From assembly GCA_043818675.1 (NCBI GenBank), contig JBDRFR010000069.1, positions 14,877 through 78,876 of the forward strand: a stretch of 64,000 nt of DNA, in the 5' to 3' direction. The stretch comes from Nanobdellota archaeon. Its GTDB lineage: Archaea; Nanobdellota; Nanobdellia; Woesearchaeales; DATDXC01. Position numbers and translations under genes: made by a program. The notes below the pieces were generated by a model. That model saw only the letters and a list, made by a program, of their open reading frames with translations. It searched no databases and was not told where the DNA came from. This document shows positions 51,786-61,400 of this stretch, piece by piece (position 1 is the first letter of the stretch; each line of letters starts with the position of its first letter).

Positions 51786-52526
51786 CTACGTTAATTCTAC
51801 ATAAAAGTAATAAACAGTTGACGCATCATCATCTCCGTTATCTGCAACCAGCATCTGAAAATCCCATATATTTCCGTCAAACCCTACTGTATTTTGGCTG
51901 ACTTCTGTTGCATATATCACTGTATTCTGATTATATTCTGTAAGTATTGTTTCATTAAAATAACTGGTCTGCGCCCCATTATTATCATACGTATTTGTTG
52001 AACGGCAGTTTAGGAGCTCCCTTGTACCGATTGTAATATTGCTGTATCCTCTGAAAGTCTCATCTATTCCGTCACTATCAGAGCTCGCCATGCCGTACAT
52101 TGACTCAAGCGTTGTATGATTGATTCCCTGTGTTCCAATAGAGCCATTGCCGCTAAAGTTTACACAATTAACATTGCCCCAATCTACTACCGTATTGTTT
52201 GCAGCATATATTTCACCGACCGGAGAAAAGCTTGAACCACCTGTCCAATCAAACATTGTATTGCCGCTTGCATCACCAAGGACAACTTTTCCGGAGATAT
52301 TACCATAGTATCCCTGCCATCTTTTTGTAACAATTGTAGTATTAATTGTAAGTTGCGTTACATTGCCTGCCTGTGCTCCAAGAGCCTGCGGATCCCCTGT
52401 TATATTAGTTCTGCTCGTAGTAACATTTTCAATAGAAGTAGGGCCATATGGATTGGCTAGAGTGATAGGTATTAAAATCGCTGCCACTAATAAAATTATT
52501 GCAATTCTTTTCATTGTTGTTTTCAT
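51786..52526 (-). CDS. secreted N-glycosylation-sequon-rich protein, paralogue 1 of 4 (246 aa)
   Basis: Signal peptide MKTTMKRIAIILLVAAILIPITLA. The conserved body is PYGPTSIENVTT...WQGY(Y/F)GNISG.VVLGD..GNTM.DWT..SSFSP.GEIYAAN...VDW..V.C.N..GNGS...GIN...LESM.GM...D.DGIDETF...YYFYVEL. Confidence 0.8.
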   Translation of the reverse strand: MKTTMKRIAIILLVAAILIPITLANPYGPTSIENVTTSRTNITGDPQALGAQAGNVTQLTINTTIVTKRWQGYYGNISGKVVLGDASGNTMFDWTGGSSFSPVGEIYAANNTVVDWGNVNCVNFSGNGSIGTQGINHTTLESMYGMASSDSDGIDETFRGYSNITIGTRELLNCRSTNTYDNNGAQTSYFNETILTEYNQNTVIYATEVSQNTVGFDGNIWDFQMLVADNGDDDASTVYYFYVELT

Positions 52527-52722
52527 TATAGCAAAGGACGTATTTTTACGAATAGCTGCATATCCTCAACAAAAGTGCATTATGTCCGCTATCATATCTG
52601 AAAACAATCACGCTTTCGTTTACATTCACATTTAATTACGTTTACGTTCACAATCCAAAGTAAGCATGAAGGATCTAAGGCAGTTGCCAAAATGTTTTAG
52701 ACACACCCTTAGTCCGTTGAAT

Positions 52723-53460
52723 TTATGCAAGTTCAACATAAAAGTAATATGCTGTCGCAAGTCCGTCACTGCCGTCATCAGCGACGATCATTTGAAAATC
52801 ATAGCTATTGCCATCAAAACCAGTTGCATCCTGGTCAACTTCTGTTGCAAAAATTACAGTCCCTTGAGATCTTTCTGTTAAAAGAGTCTCATTAAAGTAA
52901 GTGCTTTGAGCGCCATTATTATCGTATGTATTTGTTGCATGGCAATTCTGAAGCAGTGTTCCGGCTATTGTAATGTTATTCAAAGTACTAAACGTTTCAT
53001 CAATACCATCATTATCAGAACTTACCATACCAAACATAGATTCAAGTGCTGTTTGATTGATTCCTTGTGTTCCCACAGAACCGTTTCCGCTAAAATTAAC
53101 ACAGATAACATCACCCCAGTCCACAATTGTGTTGTTTGCAGCATAAATTTCTCCAATTGGTGAAAAGCTTGAATCAGCAGTCCAATCATACATTGTATTG
53201 CCGCTTGCATCACCTAAGACCACTCTTCCAGAAATATTACCAAAATAACCTTGCCAATTGCCGGTTGCTTGTGAGATATTAATCTCAAGTTTAGTATTAT
53301 TCCCTCCGTACGCGCCCAGACCCTGCGGAGCTCCCGCACTCGTATTGGTTTTATAAGTAGTTACATTTTCAATGGTTGTTGGCCCCCACGGTGCTGCTGT
53401 TACAACTGAACATAATACACTAATCACTAATAATCCTATGAGTAATATTCTCGTTGTCAT
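52723..53460 (-). CDS. secreted sequon-rich protein, paralogue 2 of 4 (245 aa)
   Basis: Same family. SD GGAGGAA lies directly upstream of the ATG (53460). Confidence 0.8.
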   Translation of the reverse strand: MTTRILLIGLLVISVLCSVVTAAPWGPTTIENVTTYKTNTSAGAPQGLGAYGGNNTKLEINISQATGNWQGYFGNISGRVVLGDASGNTMYDWTADSSFSPIGEIYAANNTIVDWGDVICVNFSGNGSVGTQGINQTALESMFGMVSSDNDGIDETFSTLNNITIAGTLLQNCHATNTYDNNGAQSTYFNETLLTERSQGTVIFATEVDQDATGFDGNSYDFQMIVADDGSDGLATAYYFYVELA

Positions 53461-53497
53461 TTTATTCCTCCATAATTACGCTTTCATTTACATTTGC

Positions 53498-53530
53498 GCA
53501 TAACAAAAATTATGCATGTTCAGCATAAAA
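53498..53530 (-). pseudogene. 33-nt relic of a paralogue 3' end/junction
   Basis: gcataacaaaaattatgcatgttcagcataaaa matches the stop-codon junction gcataacaaaaattatgcaagctcaacataaaa (53577-53609) at 30/33 positions, then diverges. Confidence 0.5.
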
Positions 53531-53588
53531 CTATATTCTTGTCTTCGTTTTTACCCTCATCAATTAAGTTGTGTAGGCATAACAAAAA

Positions 53589-54332
53589 TTATGCAAGCTC
53601 AACATAAAAGTAATAAGCTGTCGCAACTCCATCGCTGCCATCATCAGCAACAATCATCTGAAAGTCCCACTTGTTACCATCATATCCGGTAGCATCCTGG
53701 TCAACTTCTGTTGCAAAAATCACAGTCCCCTGCGATCTTTCTGTCAAAAGTGTTTCATTAAAATAAGTGCTCTGAATGCCGTTATTATCATACGTATTTG
53801 TGGCCCGGCAGTTCTCAACCATTGTTCCGGCTATTGTAATATTATTTATGCCAGTAAACGTTTCATCAATTCCATCTGTGTCTGTCGCACCCATACCATA
53901 CATAGATTCAAGTGTTGTATGATTAATTCCTTGCGATCCAATAGAGCCATTACCGCTAAAATTGACACAGATAACATCACTCCAGTCCACAATTGTTGCA
54001 TTAGCTGCATAAATTTCACCTATTGGTGAAAAGCTTGAACCAGCTGTCCAGTCATACATAGTATTGCCGTTTACATCACCCAAGACAACTTTTCCGGAAA
54101 TGTTACCAAAATAACCCTGCCAATTGCCCGTTGCTTGTGAGATATTAATTTCAAGCTGAGTATTATTCCCTCCATGTGCGCCAAGCGCCTGTGGAGTGCC
54201 GATACTCGTATTAGTTTTATAAGTAGTTACATTTTCAATGGATGTTGGCCCCCATGGTGCAGCCATCACAACCGAACATAATACAGTTATTACAAACAAC
54301 CCCAAAATCATTATTCTGATCTTCATTTTCAT
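53589..54332 (-). CDS. secreted sequon-rich protein, paralogue 3 of 4 (247 aa)
   Basis: Same family. SD GGAGGAA lies upstream. Only 35 nt separate it from paralogue 4. The 5' and 3' ends are nt-identical to paralogue 4 over 53 and 93 nt. Confidence 0.85.
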   Translation of the reverse strand: MKMKIRIMILGLFVITVLCSVVMAAPWGPTSIENVTTYKTNTSIGTPQALGAHGGNNTQLEINISQATGNWQGYFGNISGKVVLGDVNGNTMYDWTAGSSFSPIGEIYAANATIVDWSDVICVNFSGNGSIGSQGINHTTLESMYGMGATDTDGIDETFTGINNITIAGTMVENCRATNTYDNNGIQSTYFNETLLTERSQGTVIFATEVDQDATGYDGNKWDFQMIVADDGSDGVATAYYFYVELA

Positions 54333-54367
54333 TTCCTCCTTTTTATAATTTCAATTCATAACAAAAA

Positions 54368-55120
54368 TTATGCAAGCTCAACATAAAAGTAATAAGCTGT
54401 CGCAACTCCATCGCTGCCATCATCAGCAACAATCATCTGAAAGTCCCACCTGTTACCATCATAACCAACAGTATCCTGGTCAACTTGCGTTGCATAAATT
54501 ACTGTGCCTTGCGTCTTTTCTGTCAAAAGTGTCTCATTAAATTTGGTGGTTTGAACACCATTACTATCATATGTATTGGTCGCCCAACAGTTATCAATCA
54601 ATGTTCCAGCTATTGTAATGTTATTAATGCTGTTAAACGTTTCATCAATTCCATCAGTATCTGCTGCAAGCATACCATACATGGATTCAAGTATTGAATT
54701 GTTAATACCTGGAGGATTTGATCCATCAATAGAGCCGTTTCCAGTCAAGTTAAGACAAATAACGTCACCCCAGTCCACAATTGTTGCATTAGCTGCATAA
54801 ATTTCACCTATTGGTGAAAAGCTTGAACCAGCTGTCCAGTCATACATAGTATTGCCGTTTACATCACCCAGGACAACTTTTCCAGAAATGTTACCAAAAT
54901 AACCCTGCCAGTTACCCGTTGCTTGTGAGATATTGATTTCAAGCTGTGTATTATTTCCCCCGTGTGCGCCCAGCGCCTGTGGAGTGCCGACACTCGTATT
55001 AGTTTTATACGTAGTTACATTTTCAATGGATGTTGGCCCATACGGCGCAGCCATCACAACCGAACATAATACAGTTATTACAAACAACCCCAAAATCATC
55101 ATTCTTATCTTCATTTTCAT
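54368..55120 (-). CDS. secreted sequon-rich protein, paralogue 4 of 4 (250 aa)
   Basis: Same family. I place the start at ATG 55120 (MKMKIRMMILG) with GGAGGAA at 55121-55127. The track ORF extends 36 codons further (to 55228) with no support. Confidence 0.8.
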   Translation of the reverse strand: MKMKIRMMILGLFVITVLCSVVMAAPYGPTSIENVTTYKTNTSVGTPQALGAHGGNNTQLEINISQATGNWQGYFGNISGKVVLGDVNGNTMYDWTAGSSFSPIGEIYAANATIVDWGDVICLNLTGNGSIDGSNPPGINNSILESMYGMLAADTDGIDETFNSINNITIAGTLIDNCWATNTYDSNGVQTTKFNETLLTEKTQGTVIYATQVDQDTVGYDGNRWDFQMIVADDGSDGVATAYYFYVELA

Positions 55121-55248
55121 TTCCTCCTTTTTTAAATTTTTAATAATGTGTAAGCAAAAAAAAAGGGATTCAAGGCAGAAATCAAAAAGACGTGCGAGGT
55201 GTTTTAGATGTTCCCCTTGTTCTCCCAATTAATATAATACTCTAAATT

Positions 55249-55881
55249 TTAGTTATCACCCCTATCCTGGAATATACCTTTAATATCATATAATATTTGA
55301 AAAGAAGACATCTGCCCTTTTTTGATACCTTTTTCAATTTCTTCCGGGGTTATAATTTCCACCCTAAAATTCTTCAATCCCTGGTTTTGTTTTTTTATTG
55401 ATACGTCTTTAATCTTTTTCTCCAGTTCTTTTGGGAATACTGTCCCAATCATAACATCTACGTTATCGCCGCCTGGTCTAATTGCTATTATTTCAATTTT
55501 GGATAAATAATCTTCAATGCCCCAGACAAATTTTTCAATGTAATATTGGAATTCTTGATCAGGCAGAAACATAATCTTAAACAAAATTTTATGCATACCA
55601 TCAACTTTTACTAGTTTTTTATCGGCAAACCCGTTCATTATAGAAATAACATAAGCATAATCCTCAGGGATATAAAATAGTGTTCTTGGCTTTCCTTTAT
55701 CTCTGTTTGGTATTTTCTTTTTTTTGACCATGTTTGAAAATTCCAGAAGTCTTAATTGTTGGCTGATATTTGCCATTGTAGTGCTTGACTTTTCTGCAAG
55801 CTGCAAAGGAGAAAATTTACCTTTTGCAAGTTCTCTTAGAATATTCCACTTCTGTTCTGTGAATAATGTTACAAGGTCCAT
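55249..55881 (-). CDS. winged-helix (ArsR-like) transcriptional regulator with a C-terminal domain (210 aa)
   Basis: QKWNILRELAKGKFSPLQLAEKSSTTMANISQQLRLLEFSNMVKKKK is an ArsR/HTH_20-like pattern. It lies directly upstream of, and co-oriented with, the four-gene array. Confidence 0.6.
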   Translation of the reverse strand: MDLVTLFTEQKWNILRELAKGKFSPLQLAEKSSTTMANISQQLRLLEFSNMVKKKKIPNRDKGKPRTLFYIPEDYAYVISIMNGFADKKLVKVDGMHKILFKIMFLPDQEFQYYIEKFVWGIEDYLSKIEIIAIRPGGDNVDVMIGTVFPKELEKKIKDVSIKKQNQGLKNFRVEIITPEEIEKGIKKGQMSSFQILYDIKGIFQDRGDN

Positions 55882-56077
55882 CTTTTATCCCACTAATAGC
55901 CAAATAGCTGAATTGGTATACTAGTCTATATCTAAGACAACTTATATATAAATGTTTCGATTATTAGTTAAGTAGTGTATTATTGTACTTTTTATAAAAA
56001 AAGAATTAAAGTAATTATGTAATTAATTAAATACTAAATTAGTATACAATTTATAGTCGATAACCTACTAAAATAAT

Positions 56078-56085
56078 AAAAAAAA
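56078..56085 (-). terminator. oligo-T (T8) run after the ATPase operon
   Basis: On the minus strand the sequence reads TAA TTAATCTTCTA TTTTTTTT ATTATTTT, starting 12 nt after the stop at 56097. Archaeal terminators are typically T-runs. Confidence 0.35.
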
Positions 56086-56096
56086 TAGAAGATTAA

Positions 56097-58421
56097 TTAT
56101 TTATACAGGCTATCTTCAATAACTGCGATTGTATCTTCTTTTGTTTTTGCTGCTCGGAGTTTTTCTGCTGTCTCTTTATCTGACCCCATGATCCAGTCTG
56201 CAAAAATATTTTCAGATTCAGATGCATGCGCTGCATACGTTCCTTCATCCATAGTATTGATTTCATCAATCAATTCCTGCGGCGATGATACGGTAACTCC
56301 GTTCTTAAGCTTCAATGGTGGCAGCTTTTTTTGTTCTTTTTTCTTTTCTTGTTTTGCAGCTGCTTTTTTTGCCTCTTCTGGATGTTCTTTTTCGAATTTT
56401 TCCCTTTCTTTTTTAGCCTTTTCAAATTCTTCCTGCAATTCTTTTTCAGAAACAAGCTTCAGTTTTCTCTTCTTAGCTTGTTTGCCAATTTTATCCCATG
56501 CAGTGTCAAGCCTAGGTTTTAAGCCTTCCAGATAAATATCAACCATGTTAAAACTGCCAGACTTAACTTTATCAAGCGCCATCTTAAGTTCCAGTTTTAG
56601 ATCAAAAATATCAACCTCTTCCTCTCTAAGCTGTTCAATCTGATCATCCAGATCGTCTATTATATCATTATACTTATTGTAATTATCAAGTTCTTCGTCT
56701 GTTAATCTTGCATGTTCATGTAAAAGAGGCCTAAAACTTACAAAATAAGGATTGCCTCTGTTATATGCAGAATTTGAAATCATCCCTGTGCCTGTTGCAG
56801 ACTTCAGTAGAGATTGCAGCATGTAAGACCCATATTTATCTTTTATCCTGTTCAAATCGCCTTCATCACGTGTACGCATTTGAATTTCTGTATTAATATT
56901 TGCTTTTGTTTCACCTATAAAATCTGTCAGAACCTGGCTGATCAACACAAGGCCGACCCCCCATTTTCTAAATTCTCTTGCGCCTCTTTCAATTTGGATA
57001 AAACCCTGTCCGGTTCCGCCGAATTTTGGCAGCAGTCTGTGAACCTCGTCAAAAATTACAATAAGCCTTAATTGCGGGCTTTCTGGCAGGTCGGCGTGAA
57101 ATACTTCTCTGATTGTATTGGCTACAAGTATATCACTGTCTTTGGGATCAAGTTTATTGATAGCAAAAACGTGAATTTCACCAGGAATTAAGTATTTTTT
57201 TATATCAATGATCTGGCGAGCATCCATAATCTGGTGCACATTCCCGTTAAATGCTCTTGCATCCGTTTTCTTGAGTCCGTAACTAGGATACAAAGCTATC
57301 ATTTTTTTATTCGTGCATTTTCTAAGAAAGCCTGTCCACTGCGCTGTTGGGTCAAACACTATAATCGCAACTCCTTTTAACAGCGCTTCTTCTACAAGAA
57401 CTTCCGCAGAAACTGTCTTTCCACCGCCTGTTGAACCGGCAATTAGGCTGTGAATTGTCAGCTGATCCATATCAAAATACGCTTTAACTTTTGATTCAGC
57501 AATTTTTCCGATAAGAATCGACCGCTCGCCAGGTTTTGGCAGCAATTTAAAGTCAATTTTACCTTTATATCTTTTCTTTTTAGCAAGCCTTTTGCGTATT
57601 ATTAAAAATACTAATGCAGCTATTGCAAGAAAAGATAGTGTTAATAACAGCCATCTCACAGGCATTATCCCAAAAATCAGATAATCCCATATCGGTTCAC
57701 TTACTAAGAATCTCGCGCTTGCAGTTGATGATATCCCCAGATAATCCACGCGAGCTGTAATTACATACTCACCCGGTCTGATAAATTCAGGTACTTCAAA
57801 AAATTTTATAAGAGTTGTTGACTTATTAAGTCTTAAGTTCTCAGTTTCTTCCAGAAAAGTTTTGTTGACCAGATAAGTTTTTTTATCTGCCATGCTGTCA
57901 ATCGAATAATGCAAAGTAATATTAAATCCATCTTTCAATAAAAGATTATGAATATTAATCTTATACCTTAAAGTATCCTTAAGATATACTCTTTCTGATA
58001 ATGGCTCAACTTTGATAGAAATTGCGCTAATAGGAACTCCGCTAATATCCCCTACTGTTAGCATTGCAGGTATTCTTTCATTGACATTTCCGGATAAGAC
58101 TAATGTTCCGTTAAAAAAACCCATGTTATCAGCAAAAAATAAAATTTTGGCATCTGCACTTGATTTTGCCTCAAGATTAATAGTCGTCACATCAGGCACC
58201 ATATAACTGCTGATGTTGCCCTCTGATGAAAACATTACCGTTATTGGATTATCGCCTTTATTTTCAATGGTAAGCACATGCTCTTCGAATTTGCCTATTT
58301 TAACATTTTTAATTATTATATCATCCGATATTCGATAATTGCTATTTTCAATTTGTGCAGCAACATTTATAGACATTAATATTACTATTATTACTATCGC
58401 AAAACCTCTATTTTTTATCAT
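56097..58421 (-). CDS. ectodomain-TM-FtsK/HerA-type ATPase (774 aa), stand-alone paralogue of the giant protein C-terminus
   Basis: Signal/anchor MIKNRGFAIVIIVILMSINVAA, a ~240-aa ectodomain, and TM LLLTLSFLAIAALVFLII followed by RKRLAKKKRYK. Walker A AGSTGGGKT lies at 57414-57440. Also present: FDPTAQWTGFLRKC, Walker B IVIFDEVHRLLP, REFRKWGVGLVLISQ, and a K/E-rich coiled-coil tail. Confidence 0.85.
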   Translation of the reverse strand: MIKNRGFAIVIIVILMSINVAAQIENSNYRISDDIIIKNVKIGKFEEHVLTIENKGDNPITVMFSSEGNISSYMVPDVTTINLEAKSSADAKILFFADNMGFFNGTLVLSGNVNERIPAMLTVGDISGVPISAISIKVEPLSERVYLKDTLRYKINIHNLLLKDGFNITLHYSIDSMADKKTYLVNKTFLEETENLRLNKSTTLIKFFEVPEFIRPGEYVITARVDYLGISSTASARFLVSEPIWDYLIFGIMPVRWLLLTLSFLAIAALVFLIIRKRLAKKKRYKGKIDFKLLPKPGERSILIGKIAESKVKAYFDMDQLTIHSLIAGSTGGGKTVSAEVLVEEALLKGVAIIVFDPTAQWTGFLRKCTNKKMIALYPSYGLKKTDARAFNGNVHQIMDARQIIDIKKYLIPGEIHVFAINKLDPKDSDILVANTIREVFHADLPESPQLRLIVIFDEVHRLLPKFGGTGQGFIQIERGAREFRKWGVGLVLISQVLTDFIGETKANINTEIQMRTRDEGDLNRIKDKYGSYMLQSLLKSATGTGMISNSAYNRGNPYFVSFRPLLHEHARLTDEELDNYNKYNDIIDDLDDQIEQLREEEVDIFDLKLELKMALDKVKSGSFNMVDIYLEGLKPRLDTAWDKIGKQAKKRKLKLVSEKELQEEFEKAKKEREKFEKEHPEEAKKAAAKQEKKKEQKKLPPLKLKNGVTVSSPQELIDEINTMDEGTYAAHASESENIFADWIMGSDKETAEKLRAAKTKEDTIAVIEDSLYK

Positions 58422-61400
58422 TTTGACAGTTTCTCTCTCAACTCACCGCATTTCTTAATAACTTCTGATTTATACTCCGGAACAATTTTTTTGTAAATCT
58501 CATTGACTTTGTGATAAATTTCAACTGCTTCAGTTCGCTTATTATTTTCCAATTTGGATATGGCTTTGTCAATAAGGCTCTTGATATGAAACACATCCAG
58601 TTTATATGATAATGCCACAACACTTTGATAGACTTCTTTTCTCATCTCCTTTGGAAGTTTAGAATATGAACTCTGTGAATCCAGATATAGCGATTTGGCC
58701 CGATCATATTTCCCGTCATTAAGCTCTTTTTTAGCATTTTCAATGTTATTTTTTATACTGTCAACATTCTTTAAAGATGCCCGATCCAGAATATGATATT
58801 TAATATTAGTTCCTTTTAGAGTATAACCAAGGTACAAAAGTACAAGAATAATTATAACAAAAACCTCAATAACAATCCGTCTATCGCTTGTCGTAACGAA
58901 TTTTGACTTAAGATTATCGATTACTGCAAACCCGGTAATTGGCGAGAGTTCTGGTTTTTGGCCAGGATCCATAATCACAGAAACTGTAGTTTGTATTTTT
59001 TCCAGCTCAATTTCATCTTGAACGTAATAAGCAATACTTTCCGCTTCTTCTAAGCTAAGCTCAATAATGGGATCTTCTTCAATTACACTGTATTCAAACA
59101 TAAATTCAATATCATTAACGCTTTCTGCTATTTCTTTTGGGATATATTCAATCATAATATATCCATTCGAATCCAAGTCCAGGCTAAAAGCTTTTTCAAC
59201 CAGTGTATATCTCTCTTTATCATTGGATAAATATTCCAACTCAACCACAAAAGCTTTGGTTGTGACTGTCAGAAGTGATTGAAGTTTAGAATTTTGCTCA
59301 ACTACATTATTAATTTCCCTTTTTGTATATTTCTTATTTTTTTTATTCAAATACGCTAATGTTAGATTCCTGATCTCTTCTGCCTTAGGATACACAACAA
59401 ACTCCTTTGAGTCCAGAACTTTCAGGTCGGTGGGTATTGCATCCCGGATATTTGCGATTTCTGCATATATTGCATTTTCTTCCTTTTCATACTCAGTATC
59501 ATTCAGTTTTCTCCATATTAGATTGTTTAAGTCTCTTTTATATCGTGTAAGTTTAACTTTTGATTTGTCAAGTTTGACAAAAATCCCAAGAATATCCATA
59601 ACCTCTTTTTCAGTTTTGCCCTTTTTTTGAAATTCCTGATAAATTTGGTCAATTTTTGAGATCAGCGGATCAATCTCTGTGTTATCCTTATTTAACGTTT
59701 TCCCGAATAAATAAACAATAAATGTCCTTGTAGAGCTTATCTCAGAATTTCCGTGTTCATCTGTGCATTTAATTCTATACTCATAGCTTCCATTCTGAAG
59801 AGAAGTTATGCTAAATTTGTTCTCAGAGCCTTTTAAAACATTGCTTTGGCTCTCCTTTTCTATCCACCAGCTGCTATGTTCATTGATATTAAGCGCGCAA
59901 TCCACATTAGACTGATCTTCCACTCGATACAATATTTCAACACTGGTTCCTTCAATTCGCTGTTGGTCTGGTGGATTTAACAATGTTACAACAGGCCCTT
60001 TTTTGTCATTTGTATCAATTGACAAATTCACATAAAGAGTTGTATCCGCAAAAACTCTTACACTATCGTTTATATAAGTATTATAGCCGTCATGTTTCAC
60101 TTTTAATTTATACGTGCCGTAATACACCAAAAAACTGGTTTTGCCTTCCGATGTTGTATTCTTGATAACAGTATCAAACTCTACATCAGCATTTCCCACA
60201 TTTTGTTTAGAGACATTATTAACAATGATTGTAACATTGAACCTTTTTTTGACAATGATTGTTTCAATATCTGATGCCTTTTGCGCGCTGTCTGTTACAG
60301 TTAGGTTTACTTTATAAGTTCCATTTGTTGCATATGTTTTTACAAGTTCAGATGAATAGCTGTCAATAGACTTATCATTTGAAATATCCCATTGATAGGT
60401 AAGTGATCCTGTATGCCCGCTTACTATCGGAACAAATTTAACAGTTTCCCCTTCATTTATTGTGGTTTTATTGGCGCTGATCTGCACGCTGAGCGTTGAT
60501 GTGGGTGGATAAACAATAAAGCTTACTATTTTACTTTCACTATTTCCTTTGTAATACGATGTTGCATTCAGGGTATATGTGCTAGGCGAATTAATATTAT
60601 CAAGAATAGTTGTTACGTATATTGGATAATCCGAAGAATAGCCGGTTATTGACTTCCTGCTTACAACAGATCCGCCTGTTTTAACAGTCATATTGACTAT
60701 AGAATTCGCTCTTGATATGATTGTTGCTGCGATATCTTCACCTAATTCATAATTACTTTTATCCAGACTAATTGAAAAGCCTACACAATTGCCGCATTGT
60801 CCGCCGCAATCAATGCCTGTTTCACCACCGTTTTTAATACCGTCTAAACACGTTGCAGAATAACTAAAACTAAAAGAATAGCTGTATAGTTGATTATTGC
60901 CCTGCATATCAGTAGCATTTATTAAAAGAATATTTGCACCTGTCTTTAATTCCAATGTGATTGATTTTTCTTTGCCAAAATATGCCTCAGTGCTGTACTG
61001 TCCATTATTCAACTTATATGAGATAAACGCATATTCATTTGGCCGCAGCTTTAGATTGGTAATATTGCTGGAATTAGTTACTACACTATTATTCACAGGA
61101 ATGCTATTATAAGTTAGGTTTATTTTAGGAGCCGCATCATCATTAACGCTAAAACTATAATTGTATGTCAATATATTGGAATTATTATCATTAAGGCTGA
61201 TTGTTACAATATGTGCACCATTTTCAATCACGCCATTAGAAAAGCTGCCATTAAGTAGCACTGAAAAAGTTTTTGACTCAGGCAATGCTGCATATCTCTG
61301 ATTTTTAAACGATATATTTGCATATACAGGGATATCAGTTGAAAAGTTCAGATAAACATTTTCCCCGCATTTCAAAGGGCTGACGGGTGAATTGATTGTC

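Noticed and set aside
55121-55228. 36-codon N-terminal extension of paralogue 4 in the ORF track (MGEQGEHLKHLARLFDF...).
   Set aside because: The three sister genes start at the MK(M/T)... signal peptide. A GGAGGAA SD sits directly before ATG 55120, and the extension is not conserved.
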